DNA of 64,000 nucleotides from an uncultured Acidobacteriota bacterium (lineage in GTDB: Bacteria > Acidobacteriota > UBA6911): the NCBI GenBank assembly GCA_963843575.1, contig CAWJKZ010000010.1:288001-352000 (forward strand), given 5' to 3'. The notes under the pieces are model-generated. The model was not told where the DNA came from. It did not search any database and saw nothing but the letters and a program-made list of their open reading frames with translations. The position numbers were made by a program, and so were the translations under genes. Shown piece by piece: positions 1 to 11,293 of this stretch (position 1 is the first letter of the stretch; each line of letters opens with the position of its first letter).

Positions 1-8
1 CCACCGGC

Positions 9-1267
9 TCAGCGCGCGCTCAGCCCGGCGAGCGCGTCGACCATCGCCACGATGTTCGCCACGGGGGTGCCCGCCTGAATGTTGTGGATCGCGTTGAAGA
101 CGAAGCCACCACCCGGGGCAGAAGGTCTCGCAGCGGCGCACCACCTGCTCGCGCACCTCGTCCGGGGTGCCGAAGGGGAGCACCCGCTGCGTGTCGACGC
201 CGCCCCCCCAGAACACGATGCGGTCGCCGTAGGCGCGCTTCAGCTGCCCCGCGTCCATCCCGGCGGCGGAGCACTGGACCGGGTTGAGGATGTCGAAGCC
301 CGCCTCGATGAACGACGGGATGAACTTCTCGACGGCACCGCAGGAGTGCTTCAGCGTCTTCCACCGCGGTATGCGCGTGGACCCAGTCGTTGACCTCCCG
401 GTAGACCGGCAGCCAGAGTTCGCGGAAAGTCCCCACGGAACAGAACGACGACGTCTGGGTCCCGAAATCGGTGCCGCAGATCATGACGACGTCGACCAGA
501 TCCCCGACGCGCGCCGCGATGCGCTCGAGGTTGGCCAGCGCGATCCGGCACTGCCCTTCGAAGACCTGCGCCACGTAGTCGCGCCGCGTGCGCAGCGAGA
601 TGTACCACTCGGTGACGTCGCGTATCCCCTTCGGGTGCGGCAGCCCCACGCCCGGGACATGGGCGATGTCGCCGAAAGCCGTGCCGCCGAAACTCGCGAC
701 CACGGCGCGCCCGGTGGATGCGGCCTTCCGGGCCTCCGCTTCCAGGTAGTCGAGTTCTTCGTCCGGGATGGGCCCGAATTCCTCGAGGTTGTCGGCCGGG
801 TCCAGCCGCTCCTCGTCGATCGGCTCCTGGCGGATAATCGCGTCGAAGAAATGTCCCCCTTGGGGCATGCGCGCGCTCGGCGGGGCCGACCGGTCCCCGC
901 CCGGGTGCAGCAGCGTGTCCCCGTTGCGGTCGGTCGTGGTGTTGAAATCCCCCGGGACGAGGATCTCCAGCCCGTCGTACATGCGCCACGGCTTCCAGCG
1001 CTCGTTGGGGAAACCGAACCGGTTTCTGCGCCGGAACACGCCCTCGACGTCGATCCCCATCGCCGTCTTGAGATCGTCTTCGATCTCGCCCAGCATCTGG
1101 CCGCAGTCGATGGCCTTGACGGGCCTCCGCTCAAGGCCGTAGTAATCCCGGAGCCCCGCCACACAGCTGACGTGAATGCCGCTAACCGTGGTCCCGCCAA
1201 AATCCACTGGGACGCGGTCGGGCGCGCGGTGCGCGAGCGCGCGCAAAACCCGTTCTCTGCCGCTCAT
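9..1267 (-). CDS. Uroporphyrinogen decarboxylase/MtaA-CmuA-like family protein (frameshifted near 365 and 115, probably sequencing errors)
   Basis: N-term MSGRERVLRALAHRAPDRVPVDFGG, internal TDFGTQ; C-term GGGFVFNAIHNIQAGTPVANIVAM in a shifted frame ends at TGA 9-11. Confidence 0.8.
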
Positions 1268-1495
1268 GGTCTGCCTCCCAGGATGCGCTATTGTACCAGC
1301 GATCCTGCGGCTGTCCACTTCGTATCGTTTCTTTAGCTGCTCTTTTTTCTTTCTATTTACTTCTAATTGCGCTTTTTACTCACCCTGTGGTACAAGTGGG
1401 CTGCAAACAGGGTCGCCACAAGAACGCGATGAAGCTGATCCCCGGGGCCGGGGTTCATTTCTAGGGCCCACTACCTTTTGTCAACGGAGGCACCA

Positions 1496-2338
1496 ATGAA
1501 AAACAAGCGGACACTGATAGTGATCTCGCTGCTCCTCGTCTGGCTGCCCATGCTCCTGTGGGGACAGTCCAGGCGGCAGCCGACCAACCCCGAAGACATC
1601 AAGACCTGGAAAGGCAAGACCGTGATGTTCGTCGGCCCGCACGAGGACGACGACCTTTCGGCGGCCGGGACGATGGCCATCCTGAGGAAAAACGGCAACA
1701 CCGTCTACATCGTCCTGTACACCAGCGGCAACAAGGGATCCCGCGACCCCGACATGACGGCCGAGCGGATGGCCCAGATCCGCAGGCAGGAGGACCTCGC
1801 GGCCAACAAGGTCATCGGCATCCCGCCCGAGAACATCTTCATGCTCGGCTACGACGACGGCATGCTGGAATACGTGCCGCAGAAGGAGATCGTGGAGAAG
1901 GCGTGCTGGTTCATCCGCAAGTACCGCCCCGATGCCCTGTTCAGCATGGACCCGGGGGACAAGTGGGTGAAGTGGTACAAGACCGACCACCGCGCCTCCG
2001 CGCTGCTGACGGCCGACGGCGCCCGCGCCGCCGCCTACCACCTCTACTTCCCGCATCACCGGATCAACGAGGGGCTGCAGCCGTTCACCGTGACCGACTG
2101 GTTCTTCTACAGCACCCACGAACCGAACTACAAGGTGGACATCACGGAGGTCGCGGAGCTGAAGGGTGAGGCGACCTGCCAGCACACGAGCCAGATGGGC
2201 AAGGGCAACCTCAAATACACCGGACCCACCATGGACCCGGAGGACTGCGCGCGGATCAAGGCGCGGGCGACCAGGAAGGACGCCGACGGCAAGGTGTACG
2301 AACAGTTCCGCCGCCTGCAGGAGTCCCTGTCGTTCTAA
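1496..2338 (+). CDS. PIG-L/LmbE family deacetylase with signal peptide
   Basis: GPHEDD, TSGNKG, R..E and DHR motifs; GGAGG RBS; hydrophobic N-terminus. Confidence 0.85.
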   Translation: MKNKRTLIVISLLLVWLPMLLWGQSRRQPTNPEDIKTWKGKTVMFVGPHEDDDLSAAGTMAILRKNGNTVYIVLYTSGNKGSRDPDMTAERMAQIRRQEDLAANKVIGIPPENIFMLGYDDGMLEYVPQKEIVEKACWFIRKYRPDALFSMDPGDKWVKWYKTDHRASALLTADGARAAAYHLYFPHHRINEGLQPFTVTDWFFYSTHEPNYKVDITEVAELKGEATCQHTSQMGKGNLKYTGPTMDPEDCARIKARATRKDADGKVYEQFRRLQESLSF

Positions 2339-2510
2339 GTCCGGGCCGACGAGGATGTCCAACGATCGGTTCTGGAGTGCGGCGGCTTGACGGCTTGACG
2401 CCGCTTTGGTGGCGGCGCCTCGGCGCCACCGCAATTCGGCGTGGCGCCGAGGCGCCGGGCATTCCGGCCATAAGACGCAAGTGAAAGCGGCGCCGAGGCG
2501 CCGCACTCCA
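2339..2510. repeat. Composite REP/MITE-like palindromic element, copy 1
   Basis: TGGAGTGCGGCG (2373) ... CGCCGCACTCCA (2510) inverted ends, internal GGCGCCGAGGCGCC; preceded by degenerate GTCCGGGC..GAGGATGTCCAACG arm. Confidence 0.8.
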
Positions 2511-2516
2511 AAATGA

Positions 2517-2550
2517 AACGGGCGCAGGCACCTCGGTGCCTGCGCCCGTT
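2517..2550 (-). terminator. Intrinsic terminator after headless TonB receptor copy
   Basis: AACGGGCGCAGGCACC-TC-GGTGCCTGCGCCCGTT hairpin followed on the - strand by TCATTTT. Confidence 0.75.
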
Positions 2551-2574
2551 GCGCAACACGGTCGAAACCGCGTT

Positions 2575-4718
2575 TTAGAAACTGAAGCGCAGCCCGAAAC
2601 GGAAGGTCCGCTGGTCGGCCTTGGCGCTGCTGATGGACATGAAATTCCCGTACGCCTTGACCGACCCGTCGCTATTGAAGGTCATGTCCGAAGCGGTGGC
2701 CGACGGGTTGTTGAAGTGCGGCGTGTTGGTGATGTTGAATCCTTCGGCCCGGAACTGCAGTTCCTTGCCCTCGGATATCCTGAAAGCCCGGAAGATTCCC
2801 ATGTCGGCGTTGATCATTCCGGGACCTTCCAGCCGGCCGGCCCCAAAGTTGCCGAAACGGACCGTCGTGATCGGCCTGAAGGCTAGCGGGTCGTAAAACT
2901 GAGTGCCCAGGCCGATGTTGCCGAGCTTCTGGATTTCGGGCAGCACCTGGTCGGGAGACTGGCTGCTGCCCGGGGTGTTCAGCGAGGAGCCGCTCGTCCC
3001 CACGCCGAAATAGGTGCCGCTCACGGCACTGAAGACGCCGTTGACCTGCCAACCGCCGAGCACCTTTCCGGCAATGCTGGATTTCATCCAGCGGCGGCCG
3101 GGTCCCCAGGGCAATTCGTAGATCCAGGCGGTGCGGAAGTTGTGCTTGCGGTTGAAAGCGCTCAAGGTCCGGTTGAGGTAGAACATCTCGGGGATGCCGA
3201 ACGGAGAGCTGCCGGATTCGAGGGATTTCGACCAGGTGTAGACCGTCTTCAGCATCAGGCCCGCGGTGAACCTGCGCTCCAGACTGGTCTGGAGGGAATG
3301 GTAGTTGGATTGAACCCAGGGCTGCAGGATGGTGGTCCGACCGACCGGCCCCACTTCTGGTAGAGAGGCCGGGCGGTGTTCCCGCCTCCGATGACGGTCA
3401 CATTGTTAATCGGCCAGCCTCCGCTGCTGACAATGTTGATGCTGGCCGTGCCGATGTATCCGACACTCCCGACGAGGTTGAACGGAAGCGGGCGCTCGTA
3501 GGTCAGGTTCCAGGACTGGATATAGCCCCTCCTGAAAAGGCCCTTGGGTAAGGAGCCGGTGCTGATGGTGCCCGGGATGTCAAGAACGCCCTTGGTGATG
3601 TCGGGCGTGGCGATGGGAGGGATGCCGTCGAGAATCGGCCAGACGGGGGTCCAGCTGTTGGCCCCCTGGTACGACGGCTGGATGACGGCAGGATAAGGGG
3701 GAACGCATCGGCCGGCCCAGGTTGTACGGGTCGAAGGTGATCCCGTAGCCGGTGCGGAGGACCCCGTGCTTGCCGAGCCGGTAGGCGATCCCCACGCGCG
3801 GCGCAAAGAGCTTCTTGCTGACGGTGGTGTCCGCATTCCAATCCACACCGCCGTAGCCACCGATCAACATCTTGTTGGTATCGGGGTCGTAGCGCTCGAT
3901 GCCGTGAAATCCCCGGTCCATGATCGGGTAGTACTCCCAGCGCAAACCGAGGTTGAGCGTGAGGTTGCTGCTGACCTGCCAACGGTCGCGGAAGTAAAAC
4001 GCGATCTGCCACTCGCGCGTCGACATCGGGTCGTAGAACTGGAGCGACTTCTGCACCTGCTGCGGCAGGCCGAGGAGGAAATCGGCAAAGCCGTTGAAGC
4101 GGTTGGAAGAAGGGCCGCCGTTGAGCGCGGTCGCACCGCCGTTGAAGGTGAAGTTCCCCGGGGTCCGTTGTTCGATTCCGGCTGCCAGTGGTTCATGCCG
4201 AAGCGACTGACGTCGGGTCCGAAGCGGATGTCGTGCTTCCCCTTGCTCCAGCTGGCGTTGGCCGAATAGGTGTACGTGTAGTCCCACCGGTCGACCGGCA
4301 CCCAGGTGTCGGTCATCCCCATCGACGCGTAGCCGCTAATGCTGAAAAACGGCATACCGCTCTGGCGCGGGTCGGGACCGTTGGTGCCGGGAATCTTCAA
4401 AACGTCCAATCCGAAGTTGACCCCGTAGTTCGGCTGCCGGACATGGTTGACGTACCGGGTGATTCCGATGGTGCCGTCGACGAGGAACCTGGGGGTCAGG
4501 GCGTAGTAGCCGCCGAGGGTGCCTACGTGCACACGGACGGTGCCCTTGCCCGCACCGCTGTCCGGAGTCAGCGCTGATCCGCCAGCTTCCCCGAACGCGT
4601 ATTGGGATTCCACGAGCGAGTTCATGAGGCTGTACTTGAACCAGATCGTGTTCTTCGGAGAGCGGACCCAATCGAACTTGAAGTCGTACATGTCCCGGTT
4701 GAACATCCGGGGTGCGGA
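2575..4718 (-). pseudogene. 5'-truncated diverged paralog (barrel portion) of the upstream TonB-dependent receptor
   Basis: Homology starts abruptly at SAPRMFNRDMYDFK (about residue 400 of the full gene) and runs to ...FRFGLRFSF stop; no signal peptide or plug; a few frameshifts. Confidence 0.85.
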
Positions 4719-4737
4719 GGCTCTCTTGCGGCTATCA

Positions 4738-4884
4738 TGGAAGTCGCGGCGGCTCGACTGGCTCGACACCGCTTTGTACGCGTCCCACGGCCGGAAAGCC
4801 CAGCGCCTCGGCAACTTCGCCGTGCTCTGGCGCCGAGGCGCCAACGACAAAGCGACGTCGAGCCAGTCGAGCCGCCGCACTCCA
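4738..4884. repeat. REP-like palindromic element, copy 2
   Basis: GCGGCGGCTCGACTGGCTCGACACCGCTTTG ... CAAAGCGACGTCGAGCCAGTCGAGCCGCCGCACTCCA. Confidence 0.8.
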
Positions 4885-4890
4885 AAATGA

Positions 4891-4924
4891 AACGGGCGCA
4901 GGCACCGCAGTGCCTGCGCCCGTT
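4891..4924 (-). terminator. Intrinsic terminator after full TonB receptor
   Basis: AACGGGCGCAGGCAC-CGCA-GTGCCTGCGCCCGTT, near-identical to 2517-2550. Confidence 0.75.
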
Positions 4925-4947
4925 GTACGACTGGTGGAAACCGCGCT

Positions 4948-7900
4948 CTAGAAGCTGAACCGCAGACCGAAACGGAAGGTCCGCTGGTCGGCGCGGGCGC
5001 CGGTGATCGACATGAAGTTGCCCGACGACTTGATGCTGCCGTCGGCGTTCAACGTCATGTCCGAAGCGCTCGCCGACGGGTTGTTGAAGTGCGGCGTGTT
5101 GGTGAGGTTGAACGACTCGGCGCGGAACTGCAGTTCCTTACCCTCGGTGATCCGGAAGGCCCGGAAGATACCGAAATCCAGGTTCACCATACCGGGACCG
5201 TACAGGGTGTTCCGCCCGGAATTGCCGAACCGGACGGCCGTCACCGGCCGGAAGGCGTTGGGATCGAAGAAGGGCACGCCTACCCCGATGTTCCCCAGTT
5301 TCTCGACGTTCTCCAGCACCTGGTCGGCCACCTGGTTGCTGCCCGCGGCGTTGAGCGAACTGCCGCTGGTGCCCACGGTGAACGGCGTACCGGAAACGGC
5401 GCTGAAGATGCCGTTGATCTGCCAGCCGCCGATGATGGCGCTGGCCAACCCGCCCTTGGCCCACCTGCGGCCCGGGCCCCACGGCATCTCATAGATGAAG
5501 GCCGTGCGGAAGTTGTGTCTGCCGGTCGAAACCGCTCGACGCCCGGTTGCGGTCCATGTACTCCGGCAACGCGAAGTAGAAGGTGTAGTCGGTCGAGTTG
5601 TTGTCGATCGAGTGCGACCAGGTGTAGACGGTCTTGAGCATCAGGCCCGCGGTGAACCTCCGTTCGAGGCTGGTCTGCAGCGAGTGGTAGATCGGATCCA
5701 GCCCAGGGCTGCAGCAGGTCGGTGGATGCCGTCCGGCCGAACTTCTGGTTCAGCGGCCGCCCGGCCTGGCCGGTGCCCGGCAGGGAGTTGTTCATCGGCC
5801 AGTACGGGCCGCTGACGATGTCGATGGCCTTCGTCCCGACGTAGCCGGCGCTGCCCACGAGGCTAAATGGCAGCGGGCGCTCGTAAGTCAGGTTCCACGA
5901 CTGCACGTAGCCCCTCTGGAACTGTCCCGGGGCCAAGGTGCGTGTGCTGATTTTGCCCGGTATCGGGATCGCTCCCTGGGTGATGTCCGGCGGTGTCGAT
6001 CACGGGGATGCCGTTCAGGATCGGACCATACGGCATGTAAGATGGTCGGCCCGTTGGCCGAGAACTGGATCACGGCCGGGTAGGGCGAACGCATCGGCCG
6101 GCCCAGGTTGTAGGGATCGTAGGTGATCCCGTACCCGGCCCGGATGACGCCGCCGGTGCCGAGCCGGTAGGCCAGCCCGAAGCGCGGCGCGAACAGCCTC
6201 TTGCTGACGGTCGTGTCGGCGTTCCAGTCGACGCCGCCGTACCCGCCGATCAGCATCATGTTGGTGTCGGGGTCATACCGCTCGATGCCGTGGAAGCCAC
6301 GGTCCATGAGCGGGTAGTACTCCCAGCGCAGCCCGAGGCTCAACGTCAGGTTGCTGCGTCACCTGCCACCGGTCGCGGAAATAGAACGCGATCTGCCACT
6401 CGCGCGTCGACATCGGGTCGTAGAACTGCAGCGACTTCTCGATGGTCTGCGGCAGACCGAGCAGGAAGTCGGCCATGCCGTTGAACCGGTTCGAGGACGG
6501 GCCGCCGTTCAGCGCCGTCGCGCCGCCGTTGAACGTGAAGGTGCCGCGCGGGCCGTTGCCCGACTCCGGCTGCCAGTGGTTCATCCCGTACCGGCTGATG
6601 TCCGGGCCGAAGCGGATGTCGTGCTTGCCCTTGCTCCAGCTCGCGTTGGCCGTGTACGTGTACGTGTAGTCGTGACGGTCGACCGGCACCCACGTGTCGG
6701 TCATCCCGAGCGCGCTGTAGCCGCTGATGCTGAAGTACGGCTTGCCGCTCTGCCGCGGGTCCGGGCCGTTCGTCCCGGGAATGTGCAGCACGTCGAGGCC
6801 GAAGTTGACCCCGAAATCGGGCTGGCGCACCGAGTTGACGTAGCGCGTCATGCCGATCGTGCCGTCGAGGAGGAACCGCGGCGTGACCGCGTAGTAGCCG
6901 CCGATCGTCCCCACGTGCACCCGCACCGTGCCTTTGCCGGCACCGCCGTCAGGCGACAGTGCCGATCCGCCCGCTTCCCCGAAGGAGTACTGCGACTGCA
7001 CCAGCGAGTTCATCAGGCTGTACTTGAACCAGATCGTGTTCTTCGGCGAACGCACCCAGTCCCCTTTGAAGTCGTACATGTCCCGGTTGAAGACCCGGGG
7101 GGCCGACGTGTAGAAGTTCTGGGTGAACCCGTCGAGGTTGGGCAGCGGCTGCAGCGCGAGCATCTGCTTCGCCACGCTGCTGATCCGGCTGTCAGGGATA
7201 ATGTTGCCCGCAAACTGGGTTCGGTTCTTCCCAAGGGAATCGCCCGTCGTCGGGTCGTAGATCTTCGTACCCGTGGCGCTGAAATCCCCGCTGCGCATCG
7301 CCTGGGTCGCCACCGTGTAATAGGACGAGTAGTTCTGGCGGTCCCTCATCCCGTCGTAGTTGGCGAAGAAGAACAGCTTGTCCTTGATGATCGGCCCGCC
7401 CACGTTGCCGCCGTACATGCTCAGCAGGTACTTCGGCGCCTGGCTCGTCTGCGGCGTGAAGAAGTTCTTCGCGTCGAACACGTTGTTGCGGTGATACAGG
7501 AACCCGACGCCGTGGATCTCGTTGGTCCCCGACTTGGTCTGCACCGTGATCGCCGCGCCCCCCGCCAAACCCTGCTCCGCGTCGAAGCTGTTGGTCGAGA
7601 TGTTGACCGTCTGAATCGATTCCTGCGGCGCCACGTACGCCGCGTGGTGCGGCAGCCACGGCATGATGTTCAACGCCCCGTCCAGCCGCGTGTTGTTGTT
7701 GAAGCGCCCCACCCCGTTGATGTTGGTCGTCAGCGACCGCGCCGGCGTGTCCACGCTCGCATTCTGGAAATTCGACGGCGTCGAACCCGGCACGAGGTCG
7801 ATGAGGCTCTGGTAGTTGCGATAATTGCCCAGCGGCAGGTTCGTGACCTCCTTGGTGGACAGTTCCTTGTGCACGTCCGCCTTGTCGGTCTGCAGCACCG

Positions 7901-8303
7901 TCGCCTCCGCCGACACCGTCACCATCTCGGTGCGCGAGCCGACTTCCAGCGCCACGTCCGTCCGCGTGATGTTGTTGACCGTGACCTCGATGTTCTCCTT
8001 GACGTACTCCTTGAAACCCTGCAGAGACACCTTGAGGGTGTAGACCCCGGGCTGCAGGTTCGTGAACGTGTACGCCCCAGAGGCATTCGAGACCGTTTCG
8101 TGTGTCTGGTTGGTGTTCTTGTTGGTGACCGTGATCCCCGCCCCGGGAATAACCGCCTTGGACGGGTCTGTGATGTTGCCCACCATGGTGCCGTACAGCA
8201 CCTGCGCCCATGCCGGCTCCGGCTGGACGCAAGTCGCGACCACCCCAAGGCAACCGAGACAAAGAAGCGCAAAACCTATCTTCCTTTGAAACTCTCTTGC
8301 CAT
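4948..8303 (-). CDS. TonB-dependent receptor, Oar-like with carboxypeptidase-regulatory N-domain (several frameshifts)
   Basis: Signal peptide ...AWAQVLYGTMVGNITDPSKAVIPGA, plug TKSGTNEIHG, LGLRWEYY, APRFGLAY, C-terminal FRFGLRFSF; pieces in ORFs 6273-8327, 5888-6343, 5280-5936, 4948-5487. Confidence 0.9.
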
Positions 8304-8522
8304 CTTCCATCCTCCTGGCAGGATCAATAGCCTAAGGTAAAACCGCGCTAGACTAGCACAGGTCAGAAAGGAAACTAAAGCAAAGAAACATTATTTGACA
8401 CCATTAATTTTGCTAATAGGGGCAACATCGAGCTCTTTTCGCCCTGCGGAGACTTGCTTTAGTTTTCTTTTTTAAACGTTGGATTGGCGCCGGCAACAAG
8501 GGAGGCGGCGCAGGCGGGTCAA

Positions 8523-8722
8523 AAACCGCGCCCTGAAAGCTGAACCGCAGACCGAAACGGCAGGTCCGCTGGTCGGCGCGGGCGCCGGTGATCGACATGA
8601 AGTTTCCCGACGACTTGATGCTGCCGTGCGTACAACGCCATGTCCGAAGCGCTCCGCCGACGGGTTGTTGAAGTGCGGCGCGTTGGTGAGGTTGAACGAC
8701 TCGGCGCGGAACTGCAGTTCCT
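8523..8722 (-). pseudogene. ~200 bp remnant of the TonB receptor 3' end
   Basis: Aligns to about 4938-5138 with about 8 substitutions and 2 small indels; stop TAG changed to CAG. Confidence 0.85.
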
Positions 8723-8772
8723 GCGCCGGTCAACCGGCGCGTCGACACCGGTTTTGGCCCCTTCGCCTGAAC

Positions 8773-8815
8773 AAAAAAGCCGGGGAAGACACTGGGTGGA
8801 GTGTCTTCCCCGGCT
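8773..8815 (-). terminator. Intrinsic terminator after DUF1080 gene
   Basis: AGCCGGGGAAGACACT...AGTGTCTTCCCCGGCT stem with T-run on the - strand. Confidence 0.85.
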
Positions 8816-8843
8816 GCCGATGCCGCTTCGGCCACTGACCGCT

Positions 8844-9812
8844 TTAGATGAGCGGTGTGAGCCGGATTTTGCGGAACTGCACCCTGCCGTGGTCGCCCTG
8901 GATCATGATCGGGCCCGGGGCGCCCTCGTTCGCGTCCAGCGCGCCGCCGGTGATCCCGGGGACTTCCGCGTTTTCCATGATCTTGGTGCCGTTCATGATC
9001 ACGGTGACGCGGTTGGCGACGAGGGTGATTTCGTAAGTCTGCCATTCGCCGGCGGGCTTGCAGGCATTCACCGGCGGTATCACGTAGCCGTACAGCGCCC
9101 CCTGGCTGTGCACGTTGAGCTCCTTCTGACCGAAGCCGTCCGCCACCTGGATCTCGTAGCGCCCGCGCAGGTAGATGCCGCTGTTACTCTTCTCGGCCAC
9201 GTTGAACTCGACCTCGAGCTTGAAGTCGGTGAATTTCTTCTCGCTGTAGATGTTGTTCGCGCCCTTGTCCTGGTTCTGGAGGATGCCGTCCTGGACGGAC
9301 CAGCCGAGGGCGCGGTTGGGGACCTGGCCGATCCACCCGGAGACGTCCTTGCCGTTGAACAGGTCCACCGGGGTTCCGGGCTTGCGCCTGGGCGGGTTGG
9401 CCGGCCACTTGGGCACGGGCACACCCGTCCAGGACCGGGAGCCGTCCTTGCCGCCGAGCGCGGCGGTTCCCTCGAGCTTGCCCCCCTTGGCGGTGGCTTT
9501 CCAGATCGCCTTGGTCTGATCGGGGGGACGTCCCTGCGGGTAGGCAAAGGTCAGCTCGCCATTGGCGACGCTGATCTCGGGCAGATCGAACTGCGCCCCG
9601 CCGCCGTTGTTGAAGCGTCCTTTGAGCGCGGAACCGTCGCGGGTGACTTCGAGCCAGCAGAAGCGGGCCCGTCCCCCCTCGGGCGCCGGGACCGAGATAT
9701 CCCACCGGCCCAGGAAGGGGTCGGCCCCGTCGGGAACCGCCGCGGTGCCGGACGGGAGGCAGAGCGCGGCAAGGCACAGCGCAGCAAACATCAACGTCGT
9801 CAATGATCGCAT
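8844..9812 (-). CDS. DUF1080 (3-keto-glycoside hydrolase/hydratase-like) exported protein
   Basis: LFNGKDVSGW, FTDFKLEVEF, NSGIYLRG, GEWQTYEI, GPIMIQGDHG..FRKI; signal peptide. Confidence 0.9.
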   Translation of the reverse strand: MRSLTTLMFAALCLAALCLPSGTAAVPDGADPFLGRWDISVPAPEGGRARFCWLEVTRDGSALKGRFNNGGGAQFDLPEISVANGELTFAYPQGRPPDQTKAIWKATAKGGKLEGTAALGGKDGSRSWTGVPVPKWPANPPRRKPGTPVDLFNGKDVSGWIGQVPNRALGWSVQDGILQNQDKGANNIYSEKKFTDFKLEVEFNVAEKSNSGIYLRGRYEIQVADGFGQKELNVHSQGALYGYVIPPVNACKPAGEWQTYEITLVANRVTVIMNGTKIMENAEVPGITGGALDANEGAPGPIMIQGDHGRVQFRKIRLTPLI

Positions 9813-9886
9813 AAGTGCTCCTCTGTTGTGTGGGGTCCGGAGCGGGCCCGCGGGGATGTAGCGCGTTCCCACGGGCCCGCCGGCGC

Positions 9887-11293
9887 CTAGGTCGCGGGAA
9901 CCGCCGCCACGTCGTAGGGTTTCGCCGTCTTGTATTTTCCCTTCGTGAAGTCGGGGAACTGCACCGGGACACTCCCGCCGCCGACCGACTTTTCGGTGAG
10001 GGGCGAGATGGCGCTGCTGGTGACGGAGTCGTACACATCCCAGTCGGTCATCTTGTTGGCACGCAGGGCGGCGATGAGCCGGTCCCAGTTGACGGGCGTC
10101 GTCGTCGAGCCGCCGCCGTGGCCGCGCAGGGCCACCTTGCGCTGCAGCGGCTTGTATTGCTTCAGGTACGGGTGCGCGAATTCCTCGAAGTACTTGTCGG
10201 CCGCTTCCCACATGTGCTCGGTCGCGGTGCGCCCCTCGAGGTAGATCATGCCGCCCCGACCCCGCCGCATTCCTTCCGGACGTGCGGCCGGTTCCTGGCC
10301 GGGGGCGGGCGCCGGCGGCGGCAGGCTGGCGCCGGTTTGGTAGACGCCCTTGGTTCCCTGCATACGGAAGAACTCGCGCGGGTGGGGCGTATTGGTGTCG
10401 TGGTTGAGGGTGACGACCTTGCCCTGTTCCGTGTGCAGCAGCGTGACGTTGACGTCCCCCGAGGCGAACTTCGTCTTCGCGAACGGGTGCTGCTCACCGA
10501 ACTTGAGGGCCGCGTACTTCTGCAGCATCACCCCCTTGGTGCTCATCGAGACGAGGTAGTCAAAACGGTCGCCGTGGTTGATGTCGGCCAGCCGCATGAT
10601 GCGCGCCATCGGGTGATCCGGATAGAGGTTGCCGTTGCGGTTGAGCGAGTGCATCAGGCGCCACGGCTCCTCGAGCGGGTTGAACTTCACCATGCGCAGG
10701 TCGTGCACGTACCCTCCCTCGAGGTGCAGCACGTCGCCGAAGACCCCCTGGCGCACCATGTTCATGAGGGTGAGGTCGCCGAAGCCCTCGAGCCCGATGG
10801 TCGCCCACTTCCCGGTCTTCTCGTGCATCTCGACCAGCTGCCACGCCTCTTCCACCGTGACGACGATCGGCACCTCGCTCACACAGTTCTTGCCGTTTTT
10901 CATCGCAGCGAGCGCGACCGGGGCATGGAATTCCCACGGGGTGCAGCAGATCACGCAGTCGAGCTGCTCCTTCTCGCACAGCGTCTGGAACGCGGTCCGG
11001 CTCTCGCCGTAGGTGCGCGGGGACGGACGGCCCGATTCCTCGACCCACCGTTTCGCCTTGAACAGCGCGTTGTCGTCGATGTCGCAGACCGCGACGACAT
11101 CCACCCCCTCCATGCCCAGCGCGCAGTCGAGGTGGTACGAACCGCGCCCGCCGATCCCGACAAAACCAAGTTTGACGGCCTTGCCGGACTGCGCGGCGGC
11201 CTGACCCGCCATCCCGTAGCCCGCCATCGCCATCCCGGCCAAAGAAGCAGATGAGATTTTCAGGAAATCCCTGCGGTCGAAATTATCGCCCAT
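9887..11293 (-). CDS. GH109-type NAD-dependent glycosidase (Gfo/Idh/MocA fold), Tat-exported
   Basis: RRDFLK Tat motif, GIGGRG, EVP, GGYVHDLR, NGNLYPDH, GHGG. Confidence 0.85.
   Translation of the reverse strand: MGDNFDRRDFLKISSASLAGMAMAGYGMAGQAAAQSGKAVKLGFVGIGGRGSYHLDCALGMEGVDVVAVCDIDDNALFKAKRWVEESGRPSPRTYGESRTAFQTLCEKEQLDCVICCTPWEFHAPVALAAMKNGKNCVSEVPIVVTVEEAWQLVEMHEKTGKWATIGLEGFGDLTLMNMVRQGVFGDVLHLEGGYVHDLRMVKFNPLEEPWRLMHSLNRNGNLYPDHPMARIMRLADINHGDRFDYLVSMSTKGVMLQKYAALKFGEQHPFAKTKFASGDVNVTLLHTEQGKVVTLNHDTNTPHPREFFRMQGTKGVYQTGASLPPPAPAPGQEPAARPEGMRRGRGGMIYLEGRTATEHMWEAADKYFEEFAHPYLKQYKPLQRKVALRGHGGGSTTTPVNWDRLIAALRANKMTDWDVYDSVTSSAISPLTEKSVGGGSVPVQFPDFTKGKYKTAKPYDVAAVPAT

Noticed and set aside
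8523-8722. Possible DGR template repeat for the TonB receptor 3' end
   Set aside because: Differences are not confined to template adenines, include indels, and no reverse transcriptase is in the window
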